A model generated the notes under the pieces. The model was not told the origin of the DNA. It worked only from the letters and a program-made list of their open reading frames with translations, and did not search any database. DNA of 64,000 bases from Trichoplax adhaerens (taxonomy: Eukaryota; Animalia; Placozoa): NCBI RefSeq assembly GCF_000150275.1, contig NW_002060945.1, positions 631,872 to 695,871 on the forward strand. Direction: 5' to 3'. This document shows, in pieces, positions 27,621 through 41,200 of this stretch. Each line of letters begins with the position of its first letter. Within the stretch, counting starts at the first letter, position 1. The position numbers were made by a program, and so were the translations under genes.

Positions 27621-30600
27621 ATTTTATTGTTCTTGTCTAAAATTTTAATTTACATGAAGAATCCCAATACCAGGTGGTAAATCAATTTAAAGCCTTTCTA
27701 GCAGATCTATATCGAGAAAAAATTAATAACGAATGAGTGACAAACTAGGTATTACTTATAATTTTATAAATCTGGAATACGCAACCAAGCACTTACACCT
27801 TAGCCAATATAACTAAATTTTGAATATTACGGCACTATAAGCTAAAATATGCCCTTATCACCTCACTATTTCCTTATAGAAGCACAAATTTAAAACGCCA
27901 TATATCCTGTATGTGTCAACTATAGCTCCTATATCTTGTCTCTTACTACTCTATTTGATTTGCTGTAGCCTCGGTATAAATATAAGTCAGCAGTATAATT
28001 GTCACAGTACCGATATCTAAATTTTCCATTAAAGAAGAATTACTAGTCTACGACTAAGGGCAACTTGTAATCAAGAAAAAGTTATAGAGCATCTTTAATT
28101 AAAGTTTATTAGACGAGTATTTTATACATGATTCATGAACTCTCTGCTTTTGTAACAATACTAATTGCGGAATGATGACGTTGCAAGATGAAAATAGTTG
28201 ATACAGCATTGATTTCTTGATAAGTGAATAGAAGATTTTTATGCCTACAGAATTTGTAATAGCGATACTCTACTATTATAGAATCAGGTGATATCAGAAA
28301 GATATTAGGCAGTCGTTGCTAAGATTTAAAAAAATTTTACTAGTTATTCATCGGAAATTGTCTAAATGAAGTAACTAATATTGCAATTAGCCAGTATAGA
28401 ATTGCTGAGAAAGTTTGTATGAAAAGCTTTACTCTATTCAACCGGTAGCTTTACTAACAAAAGCGGTAACACTCGATGAAAAATGAAATAGGCAATATAT
28501 TTCTAAATAAGTTTCGTAGAGTAATATAAAATTCATTAATTTATTCTCTTGATTTATCCTTTTAGGTATATACTGTAAACTCGCATTAGATATAGATCCT
28601 CTCAGTGAAACACTGGACAAATTTGTCAGTTAAAAATTTTAACATTTCATACTTACATTAGAGCTTCTTTTGCTAAATTCAGAATGTCAATTAATTCACT
28701 AATATGGATGGTGGCGCTTTAAAAAAGTGAAATAAGGAATATCATGCAAGCAGTTTACAGATATTGATGCAAAATCAACTCATCTTCCGTTTACCAGATT
28801 ATAAATTATCAATAACTATTTACTACTAGTGATGTATTTGTGAATTCTATCAGTTAAAACATCTTCAACATTCCACCACTATATTACAACCTCTCTGTTG
28901 CTGTAGTATGTTCAGTTGTGATAATGAGCTATAATGTTACTTGAAAACTATGAATTTTCCGTACATCTGTTACAGCTTTATATAATTATTTCGTGCGTAA
29001 TACTATAATAAGAGTAAAGAATTAAACCACGACGCTTACCCACGTGCAGGTAAATTAACCTCTTGTTCACCAATTCTATTAAATAATTTACTTTACGTAT
29101 ACCAATTACCAGTATCAGATTGAATGGTAAATACTATTTACCATTGTCCGTGAAGCATTTGCTGAGGGACTTTTGTATCTTTATAGCATTGCTGATAAAG
29201 TAATTTCCCCAGTTACGTAGCAAAGGATTGGTATTATAGATTCAAGTCTTACAATTTGCCTTTGAAGGCACAATTATTAATCGCCCAGCCTAAGATTAAG
29301 GTTGAGTTTATTATACAGGAAATTAAAATGCTTCTTTTTGGATGATGTTTTAAATGAGATTAATAAATACTTACGTCTGTAAATTTTTCTATTCAATCTA
29401 CTAATGATCGCATTTGGTTAACAAATGTAACAAATTTGTGTCTAGGTATTAATTTATTACGAAAGTATCATAACTATGCAATAAATAATGGTTTTCTCAC
29501 CTATTGATTTGCAATTGGATTTATAAGTACGAGCATAAATATATATCGAAAAATTAGTTTTATTAAACTTATTAAAGATTATGTTCGATTAGCAAATGTA
29601 ATTAATTTGCATCTACGTATTAATTCGTTATAAAAATATTAACGATACTTTAAAAGATGTCCTCGTCTATCTATACCTTTATAATTTAAAATTCATTTTT
29701 ATTTCTCTATGCGATGAAAATAGGTGCTTGAGATGAATTGACTACCAAAAAGTACTGTACTAGCGAATTAGGTAATGCGGGTATTTGGATCTCATGAGTA
29801 AATTTTACACAAAAAATAAATTATATATAAGATTTACTATTAGTAATTATAACTATAGTGTTGCAAATTAATCCAGTTGATAAGAGGTTCATGTCTAGGA
29901 TTGCAATGCTTTGAAATGTACGGTACTAGTACATAAATAACAAATTGTTTACTTTCTCACTTTTCTTATAATATCAGAAACAGTATTGTTAAATGCTATC
30001 TAGTTTATAATCATAGCACCAATCTATAAAGCGTGAACATCATTTACTTGTATTGGTTTTGCTATCCTGACTCATGACAACGTATGCAACTGATTAAGCA
30101 TCGTAATAGTGGTTAGGTACGTAGACTTGACTACAAGTTAGTGCAGTTTCTAAGAAACACGCATCATCAATAAACATCTGTTACCTTTCTGTACTTAATA
30201 ATTATATAATTAACTATCAACAGTAACAGTTTATAGTAAAGAGTTCAAGAATATCAGTGCTTTATAGCATGTAGAATGCCATCTTACTATATTTACATCT
30301 GTTTACGGTTCGGTTTAAGATAATTACGTTATACTACTGCATCTAGGTATCGCAATATTATGTTCTGAATTCTAAATTAACTACATAAAGAAAATACTAT
30401 TTCTGGTACGATGCTGATATTAAAGTATATTCGTACTATAGATGTTCACACAGTGGCATATACGTACGTATACCAGACCTAAGCGTATGAAAACACGTTT
30501 GGTAGTCTGACGGACATATGTACATTTGCGTACAACCAGCTACTGTATTCCGTCCTAACGATCACACATAGTTATTCGCTTATGTTTTCCAATGTTATTG

Positions 30601-31097
30601 ATATCCGTATATTTTATATAGTAGTTAAAAACAGTTGATCTTTCGTAATCGTATTTATAATAAATAGAAACTAAGATCATTAGTGGTAGTATGTGAAAGT
30701 TTACGCGTATAGCCGTTTATTTGTCAGTTTGCGAAATTTTCTTCGTGTCGTTACAAGATTACTCCAAAGATGCAAATTAAGGAATACCAGCTTGTTCTCA
30801 CATGGCAAGAACAATTGCGAATTCTAGCTGCTAATCTACTAGAAAATACGCAGTAAATTGACTCACTGTCTCAGATCTGTTGCTAAAATGTTTTATTTGG
30901 TTAACTAATATGATAATAGTTAGTAAGTATTGCAGAGTCGATAGTTATATAATATCAGAATGAGAACAGATATTTTAATTAAAAGAACTTTCAACGATAG
31001 TAACCAAGGCTATCTCATGATGCAGGTAATCATGCATACGAATGCAACTGACGCAGACCTCACAAAATTTTTGCAGCTATGTATGGGCGATTCATCT

Positions 31098-33548
31098 TTA
31101 CATCATACCTCCCATACCTCCCATACCACCCATTCCGCCCATTCCACCGCCGGGCATTGCAGGCATATCTTTTTCTTCCTTTGGCATTTCTACTACTACA
31201 CATTCAGCGGTCGACAGTAATGATGCTACACCAGCGGCATCGGTTATAGCGGTGCGGACAACCTTCGTCGGATCAATGATACCATTTTTCATCATGTCTA
31301 CAAAATTGTTACTTGCGGCATCGTAGCCAATTTCTGAGGAGGATTTCATTATTTGGTCTACAATTATTGCTCCTTCCATTCCAGCGTTGGATGCAATGGT
31401 TGAGCAAGGGCTACGCAACGCTTTACGGATTATCTCAACACCAATTCGTTGATCTTCATTATCAGTTTTGATGCTATCCAAACTTGCATCACATCGTAGC
31501 AAAGCTACACCTCCTCCAGGTACAATACCTTCTTCAACTGCGGCACGAGTGGCATTCAAGGCATCATTAACGCGATCCTTCTTTTCATTTACTTCAACTT
31601 CACTATATCCACCGACCTACCAAATAAAACATAATCATGAGAATCTGGTACAAAACACATCATAGTTTGCTATCGTAGAAAATACCTTTAAAACAGCAAC
31701 ACCGTTAGAAAGTTTAGCCAGGCGTTCGTTTAGTTTTTCACGTTCGTAATCGGAAGTGGTACTTTCTATATCTTCCTGTAATTGTTGGACACGAGCTTCA
31801 AGGGCTTGTGGATCACCTCTGCCTCGTAAGATGAGTGTATCATCCTTAGTAATAACAATTTCTCCAACAATGCCAAGGTCCTGCTGTTGAATATCTTCAA
31901 TCTTAGTGTCTATGGCTTCATCTCCAAAAACCTATTCAACAAGAAAATAACACCAAAATTTTATACCTACTAACGTGTTAATAGTTTATAAATTTAAAAC
32001 GTACTAACCATTCCACCAGTAGCAACAGCAATATCATGCAAAGTACTCTTTCTGTTATCTCCAAAACCTGGTGCTTTAACAGCGGCTACTTGTAATCCAA
32101 CCTTGAGTCTAGAGAATTCGATAGAACGGTGAGTAATTTGCGCATTATGAGCTAATAATAAACAATGCTATACAGTGTATTTACAACGGGAAAATACCTA
32201 TTGAGTACTAAAGTACTTAATGCTTCACCATCAATATCTTCTGCAATAATAACTAGAGGCTTGCGATTGGTGTTGGCAATCTCTAATGCTGGTACAATTT
32301 GTTGAACGCTAGATATTTTCTTTTCACATAATAATAAGAGAGCATCCTGATATTCTACTTTCTGACCTATAAGGATGTGAACGGCAGAAAATAAATGATA
32401 CAATAAATCAGAAAGTGCTTCGGTTGAGGGATAGTTGTATAACAGCATCTGTTCTTACCTTTGCTAGTATTTATAAAATACGGAGAGATAAAACCACGAT
32501 CGAACTTCATGCCCTCGATGACTTCCAATTCATCTTTCATTGTTTTGCCATCCTTAACTGTTATCACACCTGTTCTTCCGACTGCTTTCATCGCAGAAGA
32601 AATAAGGTCTCCTATTTCTTTATCTCCATTCGCGGAGATCGTTGCTACCTGTAGTATTAATAATCACAAGATATTGACTTTTTTTATCACAACTATACAG
32701 TACGTGGTCAATTATACCAACCTGGGCAATTTCTTCAGGTGTTGTAACTGGCTTAGAAAGCTGTTTCAGTTGTTCGACTACAACTTCAACAGCCGACATG
32801 ATACCTATGAAAATTACGGATAGATAAATAGCATGAGATGTTTATTGTACGTAACACTAGTACTGTAATCTTACAACTTTTAAAAGTCAATAGCTACAAG
32901 ATTTTGGTTACTATTTTAGAGCTAGTAACCTCGTCTAACATCCTGTGGATTTGCACCCATGGAAACCTTCTTAAAACCTTCGGTTGCAATTGCACGAGCT
33001 AAAACAGTAGCAGTAGTGGTACCATCACCAGCTTCTTCATTTGTATTATTGGCAACATCTTGAACTAAACGTGCTCCAATATTATTCACCTTATCAGGCA
33101 GTTCGATTCCTTTGGCTACAGTTACACCGTCCTTGGTAATTTTCGGTCCACCCCAAGATTGTTCCAATATAACATTGCGACCCTGTATCAAGTAATAGAA
33201 AGATTAGGTACTAAATTAGTGGATGTACATTACATTATTTACAAATACAGCGCAAGGCAATGCACTAAAAGAATAGTTCATTAAGTTTTCCAAGTATAAT
33301 TGGGTATTGCCCAATACTCAATTTCAACAACATGCATCTTTCAATCCAGTATAGCATAGAATAGTGCTTACCTTTGGACCCATAGTAACAGCTACGGCAT
33401 CAGCTAAGACATTAACACCTTTGATCATTTGGCTACTTGCTTCTACGCCGAACTTTACCTCTTTGGCATAATTTCTAGCTAATTGCGATCTTACAATAGG
33501 GCTAACGGCATTTAATGCCGGTCGAATCATATCACGTAGACGATACAT
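31098..33548 (-). CDS. HSPD1: Mitochondrial chaperonin HSP60 (Cpn60), 8 coding exons, ~578 aa
   Basis: Exons 33548-33372, 33182-32930, 32804-32722, 32648-32459, 32366-32198, 32108-32009, 31931-31686, 31616-31098. Arg-rich presequence ending RNY|AKEVKFG. Motifs [36 protein letters not shown]-repeat tail. Confidence 0.98.
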
Positions 33549-35035
33549 CCTACTGATAATTGAATTACATACGCGTATAAGTCAGTGATGAATTGCTATC
33601 ACATTTTACATTATTCACATAATACGTGAATAGTTAGATTAAATGATTCTTAGTCGTGAGATTGTAACTGCTTTCAAAAAAACATTTACTTTGCAAGGCA
33701 GTATCATACGTGTATAGCTGTAGGTAACAGATGAGGGGTAAACTATTAGTTTTATGATAAATTAGCCAAGAATGGCGTAAATATAAGTTCAGTGCATGAA
33801 AGCATCGACTTCTAGTAGTCGATGATTAAAGTAAAGTAAATCGGTACTATAAACGATCAGTTGTGTGTGATATGAGTGACTGTATGATAGCTAAATGCAG
33901 GTATTGTTGGAATGAAAATGTACTCGATTAGTAATTTCATGGATGAAATGGAAGAAAATCGAGAGCTGACATCAACCCAAGCAGTACAACAACAGCAGAC
34001 TTGTATTCCGTATAATCCTTGCTTTTCAACAAACGAGCGAAGAAAGTGGTCAAGACTTTGTGCCTTATACTGCACAGTCTATGTAGAACATGCAGACTTG
34101 CATCATCCTTAGTTGGCCGGTAATGCTGTATCAGTAAGCACATCGGCCAGTATTTTTAGTTACCCTGTATGCGGTAGCTGATGTCTAGAACATCATTTTT
34201 GATTCTATTGAGAATAAGATTTTTATCATCCAGCTGGACATTGCCGCTAATGTTGGAACTACTACTACTATCATGGACTACTAAATACGTATAGTATTCC
34301 CTTGAGGGTATATTCATTCTTGGTAGAATCCAGTGGATGTACAGTAATTGATTGAAAACCTGGTTGAAGTCTGATTCGTTTTCTAGCGCATTACTTTTTA
34401 AGCTTAATCGCTGTGATAGTCAATGAGGAAGGTAGAGAAGAAGTGGTGAAATGGTTGAGAGTACATTATTACTATTGATTTACTGACATTAGTAAGCTAC
34501 TAGTCTTTACTACACATCTAGAGGAGTGTGAGATCGACGTGAATCAACGTCTTTGCAACTTGTTGCAAAGGATAAGATCAATCGATCCATGAAACATCCA
34601 ATCGTGTCGCAGAGTATGTGCTACAACTACGTTGCTGCAAGTGTGCAAAGTAATATATTGCAGTAGAGAATTAGGTTGGGTCAATGTAGCACAGGTAGGA
34701 TTGATTTCTTCCTTGTGGAAAAAAAATGAATGATAATATTACTCTATCTCAATCCACCTATAGGCATTGGAAATTGCACCATGAATACTTGCTCAAGGCC
34801 TGTGTCATGCTGTCAATGCGTAGGAGTAACATACTGGAGTAGACTAGACTATAGACCTTGTAAAGTTAGTACAGTGCAGAGGGCCACAAAAAAAGGGGAA
34901 AATGCAAAAATGGAATCCATGTCACCGAGAATTGCAAAATAATTCCACACCAATCCTATTATCCCTTCAACTAAATCGTAGTAGCCAAATTGTAAGCCTC
35001 GTTTGTAAGGAATAAAATGCATGCATTGCACTTAC

Positions 35036-35090
35036 CGGCCGTTTTTCAGCTGTGAATAACGAGGAAGAAGAATATCACTGGAGAAAAGGA
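35036..35090 (-). other. HSPD1: Probable non-coding first exon of HSP60 (5' end approximate; intron ~33550-35035)
   Basis: An AG acceptor lies 1 nt before the ATG (cagtag|gATG). A strong CCG|GTAAGT donor sits at 35035, at the edge of the GC-richer promoter region. Confidence 0.55.
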
Positions 35091-35399
35091 AGCGCTCCAA
35101 CGGTTAGTGAAATGCCCAATGACTTGATCACTCAATGCTCAATTTGCAGCAAAACCTGCTAGGTGATGCAACGTGCCAATGACGCAACACGGCTCACCTT
35201 TAAAGGGACGCTTGGTACAGGCGTGTTATCTCGCGACGTACTACGCACGACCTTTAATCAGCGTGACACATGTGTCATGGTGTAGTACAGTACGATACAT
35301 TGTTCAGTGAACAGTGTTATCATACAGACAGACGTTCCGTATGGCCAATCCGAGTCCTGGCTGTTCCACTACCGTGACCGTATCTGCACACACGTGCAA

Positions 35400-35419
35400 C
35401 GAAAATTCCAGAACATTGA
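35400..35419. promoter_or_regulatory. Heat shock element (HSF binding site)
   Basis: cGAAa-aTTCc-aGAAc-aTTGa: three perfect alternating nGAAn pentamers plus one imperfect, located between the two chaperonin genes. Confidence 0.8.
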
Positions 35420-35432
35420 TTCCATTCCTAAA

Positions 35433-35600
35433 CTACAGTAGGACGGCTGCCGGCTGGACATACAGTACAGTACTGTAAAGCGTACAGTACAGTACTGTAC
35501 TGTACACCACGCGCTGTCAACCACTGTACGGTACTGTACTGTACGAAGTCTACAGTGTACAGTACACTTCTGTACAAGCATTGTAGGTACTGTACAGTTA
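35433..35600. repeat. Cluster of (TACAG/CTGTA)n pentamers including a perfect 24-bp palindrome
   Basis: GTACAGTACAGTACTGTACTGTAC at 35482-35505. Many further TACAGT/ACTGTA units within ~170 bp. Confidence 0.85.
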
Positions 35601-35808
35601 CATATGTTCCACTCAATCAAGGGTCAACCAACTCCACCGACACAAATCATACTAGAAAGAAACGCCATTAGTATACAATACTGCAAGTCGACAAAAAGCC
35701 AGTCAAAGCTAGTCTAGCGACGTTATTTAGCACGGCCAAGGGCGATTTCATCAGAAAGGTAGTTGGACTTTTCAATCTGATCCGAGCAAGAAGAAGCAAA
35801 ATCTCGAT

Positions 35809-37558
35809 ATGGTATGATTTGCATGATGGTCAATATCCATTATAGTATGAGTAATTTGATGTTCGAGTAGACGAGTACAATAGCTTATCTTGATATCTGG
35901 AAATAGTTTTCAATGACATGCACCTCCATTGGAGCTGACAGTCTGAGACAAATTGTCGCCATTGCAGCTCGTATGCTAGGAGATTGCAGTCATAATCGTT
36001 GACTCATAGTTGGTAGCAAAGATCCCATCAAGTTATTCAGTATTCACACTACATACTAGAGCCAAACACTGATAGTACTTGTCATTAGAAATAGCGCTGC
36101 AATGTTGCTTGTTGTACACACAGTTTAGTGATTTACTGTAGTGCCTTTTAACTTAGTTATGGTATGCTAGCATGACTGCCTGGTCAGCATTGAATGTCAT
36201 ACTTTAAAAAGTAGTATTGAACTTGGTTAGTAGCACATGTGAAGACGTAGATAGCATTTGCTATAGTGCACTTCATTTCCTTGATAGAATGGTCACTCTA
36301 ATTACTCCATGCTGTAACTCAATTACTAAACGAGTTGGCTACATGCTAAGCATGCTGCTAGCATACCTGTACATGTGGTTAGCGCATTATGATTACAGTA
36401 CCAGGAATGGTTGACAGTATTTACTGTTAAAGTAAGACAGTCACTGGCTCATTCATAACTACAGTACTGCGCGGCTGGTGAATGCATATTGCAAGCATGA
36501 ATTTAATCATTTACAAACCTAATTTATAATTCGTTTATACAGTACAGTACGATTGTCGGGGCCCACAGTAAGGTAGACTAGCAATAACGGCTGCTTTGCA
36601 TGCATGAACAATTTCAACTGTCTTTGAATTGCCCATGGTATACTCTTTACTTGATAGATGCTGCTCAAATATGAGCGTAGTAATAATTTAGACTCAATTG
36701 ATAGCAATATAGAATGTACTACTGCAGAGAGAAAAATTGACTAATTGTGATTATTTTACTCGTTATTTATAAGCTTGTATTCAATTTTCAACTTTTAGGC
36801 TGCTTTACGAAACTTCAAACCGCTATTTGATAGGGTATTAATAGAAAAATTTGCTGCAGCAACGGTACGTACTTTCATCATGTATTGGCTTATTCAATCA
36901 CGCTACAATTTACTGTATATAACGTATGACACAGCAGTCTTGGATCAAAGTTTTAAAACCTTTGATATCCTTATACGTAAATAGATCAGATTCGTAGATT
37001 AACCCTTTAAGGTTAACTTGTCACTGCTGTGGTGATCGAGAGCTAAAGTAGTCAACGATTGCGTATACGATATAGTTAAAATGCAGTGTAAACCTGCAGC
37101 TACATAGTATACCTATATTCAGGGTAAAGGTTGTCATTGATTTTGCGTATCATTGTTTGAAAAGAAATCAAAAGGTGGCGTACTTTTGCCAGAAGCTTCC
37201 CTAGGCAAAGTTCTTAAGGGAACTGTCGTTGCCACTGGACCAGGAAATGTGAACGAGGTACATGAATTACTTAAAAGCTATTCAATATTATCAGCAGATA
37301 CTCTTGGTACTTACTACGCTTCAAAATTTTTGTAGAAAGGAGACTTGATCCCTACCTCGGTGAAAGTTGGTGATAAAGTTATGTTACCTGAATACGGTGG
37401 CACTAAATTGAATATGGAGGATAAGGTTCGTACTTTAGGTTTCTTTGTTTTCTAAGCTTATAACGTCAAGGTTAACTATTTTATAACTTTTATTTATTCA
37501 ACTTTAGGAATTGTACTTGTACCGTGACGGCGATCTCTTAGGAGTATTTACCGATTAA
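35809..37558 (+). CDS. HSPE1: Mitochondrial co-chaperonin HSP10 (Cpn10), 5 coding exons, ~100 aa
   Basis: Not called intact by the ORF track. ATG-only first coding exon 35809-35811 (ATG|GTATGA), then 36799-36864, 37165-37257, 37336-37425, 37508-37558. Translation MAALRNFKPLFDRVLIEK...KSKGGVLLPE...VVATGPG...VKVGDKVMLPEYGGTK...LYRDGDLLGVFTD. The ATG exon is the least certain part. Confidence 0.95.
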
Positions 37559-38299
37559 GAAATGAAAAAATACAGTAGTAAATTAAGTATGATCATGCAA
37601 TAGTAACAACTTCGTTTCCCAGCTTATGGCGGCGTTTTAAAATATTCATCGTTTACTAGAATGTACTATTTGCAACCTTAACGTCAGGCAATATAATGAA
37701 CACGAGTTGTAGCTATTGACTTAAGAAAAGGCTGACTTTGTTAATAAAGATTTCTTGTCTAAAGATGTCTTTGATTTGTCAATAGTGCATTTACTATAGT
37801 ATGAAGCTTACAAAATATTACAAGATGTTATACACCGAAAGCGATATGAAAATAACTAAAAGAGTAGAATTTTTGACGATTCCAGTGTAACATTAACTAC
37901 ATAGTACGCTAAAATACAATACGACCAAAATAGAAAAGTATTTGATACAAGTTATAAAGGCAAATATTTAGCCATTACTACCCAACATAGGGCTAAGGGT
38001 TTTTTGCATCAATAAGATTTTTAGCTGTCCTGAACCTCTTTCAATGATCATGCTAAAAGGCAGGCTTAATCATCAGCACTAATACCCACATATAAAATCG
38101 ATAACAGAATTTTATCTGTAAATAAAATAGATTACCAGCCGGTAGTCTACGCAAAATGCTACTTTATTCATCACAACACGGCACCATATAGATGATAAAA
38201 GATTAGCTAGTCATAAATGATTAAATCAAATGCATGAAAACAAGTTTTACCTACTAAAGGATTAACTACAAAAGCCTAATGGTTAAAATAGTTGCTCAA

Positions 38300-41200
38300 T
38301 TACTTGGCACCGACAAGCTTCTTGAGTGCTTCAGTCGTCATACTTTTGGGACGTTCAATAGGCAATCCTAGAGCGCGATCCCATATAAGAGAAGATAAAA
38401 CTCCTAATGCTCGAGATACACCAAAGAGTACAGTATAGTAGCTCATTTCTGTCATTCCGTAATACTGCAAAAATGAATTGAAAAAGTCAATAAATGTAAT
38501 TAAAAAATAATGTCAAGACTATCATGCAGAACTAGTAATATAAAAATGAGGTATTGACAACAGTATTTACCTGCAATAATGCACCACTATGGGCATCAAC
38601 ATTTGGCCATGGATTCTTTGCCTTACCGTGTTCAAGAAGCACATCAGGTACTACCTTGTAGATTTGTCCAACAAGTTTGAATACTGGGTCATTAGGTAAA
38701 TGTTTTAGAGCAAATTCGCGCTGGCACGTATATCTGGGATCAGTTTTACGCAAAACTGCATGTCCATAGCCTGGCACAACCTGTTTAAAATGGCAAGCTA
38801 AAAGTTAGTAATATTCTATCATTTCATGAAACTATATAATTAGCAAAGTATACGGAATTGTAAAAGCGAAAAATAATGAGTTTACTTGGCCGTTTTTCAA
38901 GGTATTCCAGATGAAGTCTCGAAGCTGATCATCGGTAGTATTATCACCCAACGTCTCTCGTAGTTTATTTACCCAAACTAATACTTCTTGGTTTGCAAGA
39001 CCATGAAGAGGTCCAGCTAAGCCGTTCATTCCAGCTGCGAATGACAAATAGGGATCTGATAGGGCACTACCCACTAAGTGAGTGGCATGAGCGCTAACAT
39101 TACCACCTTCATGATCACTGAAATACATGTATGGATAAGCATTAGCTATGAATAAAGAAAAATTCATGTACGAATGGTTACCAATAAGACTATTCTATAA
39201 ATCAGTTTGATTTTAGCAGTAGAAAAACTCACGTATGGATTGTCAAATACAAGCGCATTAACTCTGTAAATTGTGGGTTGTCGTATCCCAGCATGGAGGT
39301 GAAATTACTAGACCAATCTTTATCAGCGTCAATAGCGCCAACTTTACCATCACGATACAAATTTCTATAAATTGTTGCTGCCAAAGACGTTAATTTTGCA
39401 ATGCAATCCATAGAGTCTTCGTAAACGTACTTAAAATATGGAATTAGAAAAAATTGGAAATTATTACTTTGAACTGTAAACCAATCAGTAATATAACAAC
39501 AATTACTAACCTGCCAATATTTCGCTTTATTTACGCCTTCTGCATAAGCGCGAGCAAATTTACTTTCGCTATTCATGGCAGTGATTGCGGCACTAAACTG
39601 CGACATGGGATGTAGCTCTGCAGGAAAGTTATTAACCATTTGGACGACGTGCGAAGGTAGAGCTCCACGATTAGCCCATTCTCTACTAAGTTGCTTGACC
39701 TATAGATACAGTTAAGTAAATTTGTATTTCTTTGCACAAATAAAAAAATAGATAACGCAAAGCCATATACCTGCTCTTTGGTTGGTTTTTCTCCGGTTAC
39801 AAGTAACCAAAACAAGCCCTCAGGTAAAGGTTCAGCACCATCATCAGCAGAAGGTAGAATCTGTAATCATCAGGTATCGTTCAGAAAGTTACAGTATAGC
39901 AGTACGATATTACTTTGGAATTTGTAAATTTTTTTTGTCTTACTTCTTGACATTCCGGGATGCTATAACCTCTGAATCGAATTCCCTGGTAAATGTTTAT
40001 TCGATAGTTGTAACATGTAAATAAGCACGCAAATGTAAAGATATTTCAAAATTATAACTAGGATTAAGGCAGTATTTACCTCATCCGGATCGAGTAGCGA
40101 AGTTTCGGTAACGAGACCTTTAATACCTCGCATTCCACCGTAGGCCTAGGTAATAATAACATTTAATGAGATAGTATATTTGTTAAGCTTTATTGTCAAG
40201 CATAGAATTTAGAATTTAAATGGTTTGAAGAACCCACACAAATATTGAAATAGTATTGCGATTCAGTTAACAGTACCTGGCCAATTGTATATTCTCCGAT
40301 CACTTTGTCTCCATAGCTTTTACGAAATTCAGCAACTTCCTTTTGCTTTTCGGGAACTAGCCTCTCGAGAGCATCACGTAAACTCTGTAATTATATCATG
40401 CCGTAATAATTTAGCAATGCTGTAAACAAAGGGCTTTCCTATCCCTATTTAATTCATGAAATTCAAACCTCATTCGCGACTGTTCTTGCGCCAATGAAGT
40501 TGACAGAAGGAGTCAACTGCTGCAAAAAAAAATGGAGAAATTTTAGTTCAAATTTGAATGCAAGTGTAAACTACAGTAGTAAAATGCTCATTCTTCCAAC
40601 TACAGTACCAAGTAGGGCTAAAATACGACGGCGCTATTTATGTTGCATATGCATATACTGTACATGTACAATTGTATATGTCAAAGAAAATAACAATATT
40701 TCACTTTGCGCATATTGCCATCACCAAAAAGGATGATGGTGTTCAATATCAAGATTGAGAAGTTCGATAGAGCGTATACAAGTGCGGCAAATTACGAAAA
40801 TTTATCGTTTTACGGTACGATAAGTGACCGTATTTTGCATTTGAGAGGCTTGCTGCAATATCGATAACGGTAGAACGTTTTCTAATCAGTGGAGTGTTAT
40901 CGATAGGAAAATAGACCCGTCGTCTCGCTATGCATGCAATAAAATTCATTTTTGTGCCTTCATTTCTTAATTCAGCGTGCATCGCGGAGCATGGAGGGCT
41001 TTTGTATTATCATTTTATCAGTAACTTACGATAGTTTATTATGGATATCAACTGATCTACCGTGAATAGGTGACTTATCTGTCTTGCAGAAACTTATCAA
41101 GACGTCCATGTAACTCGCTATAAATTGCAATCCGTCAAACGTTATTGTACAGTACACAGTATTTCTATTCCGTATACAGATAATCACGCCATATCAGTTT

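Larger units (their letters stand above)
35036..35808. promoter_or_regulatory. Bidirectional HSP60/HSP10 promoter region
   Basis: Head-to-head gene arrangement and locally raised GC/CpG. Contains an HSE, CACGTG (35391), CCAATGAC twice (35116, 35176), TGATGCAA (35164) and TGACGCAA (35180). Confidence 0.8.

Noticed and set aside
30459-30472. 14-bp palindrome TATACGTACGTATA
   Set aside because: Isolated, low complexity and without supporting context.
31042-31326. Plus-strand ORF with IPPIPP repeats (also the His-rich ORF 30960-31220)
   Set aside because: Antisense shadow of the HSP60 GGM-repeat C-terminus.
35369-35620. ORFs rich in CTVQY/STVLY (also 35428-35616 and 42761-43042)
   Set aside because: Translation artefacts of the TACAG/CTGTA motif clusters in promoter DNA.
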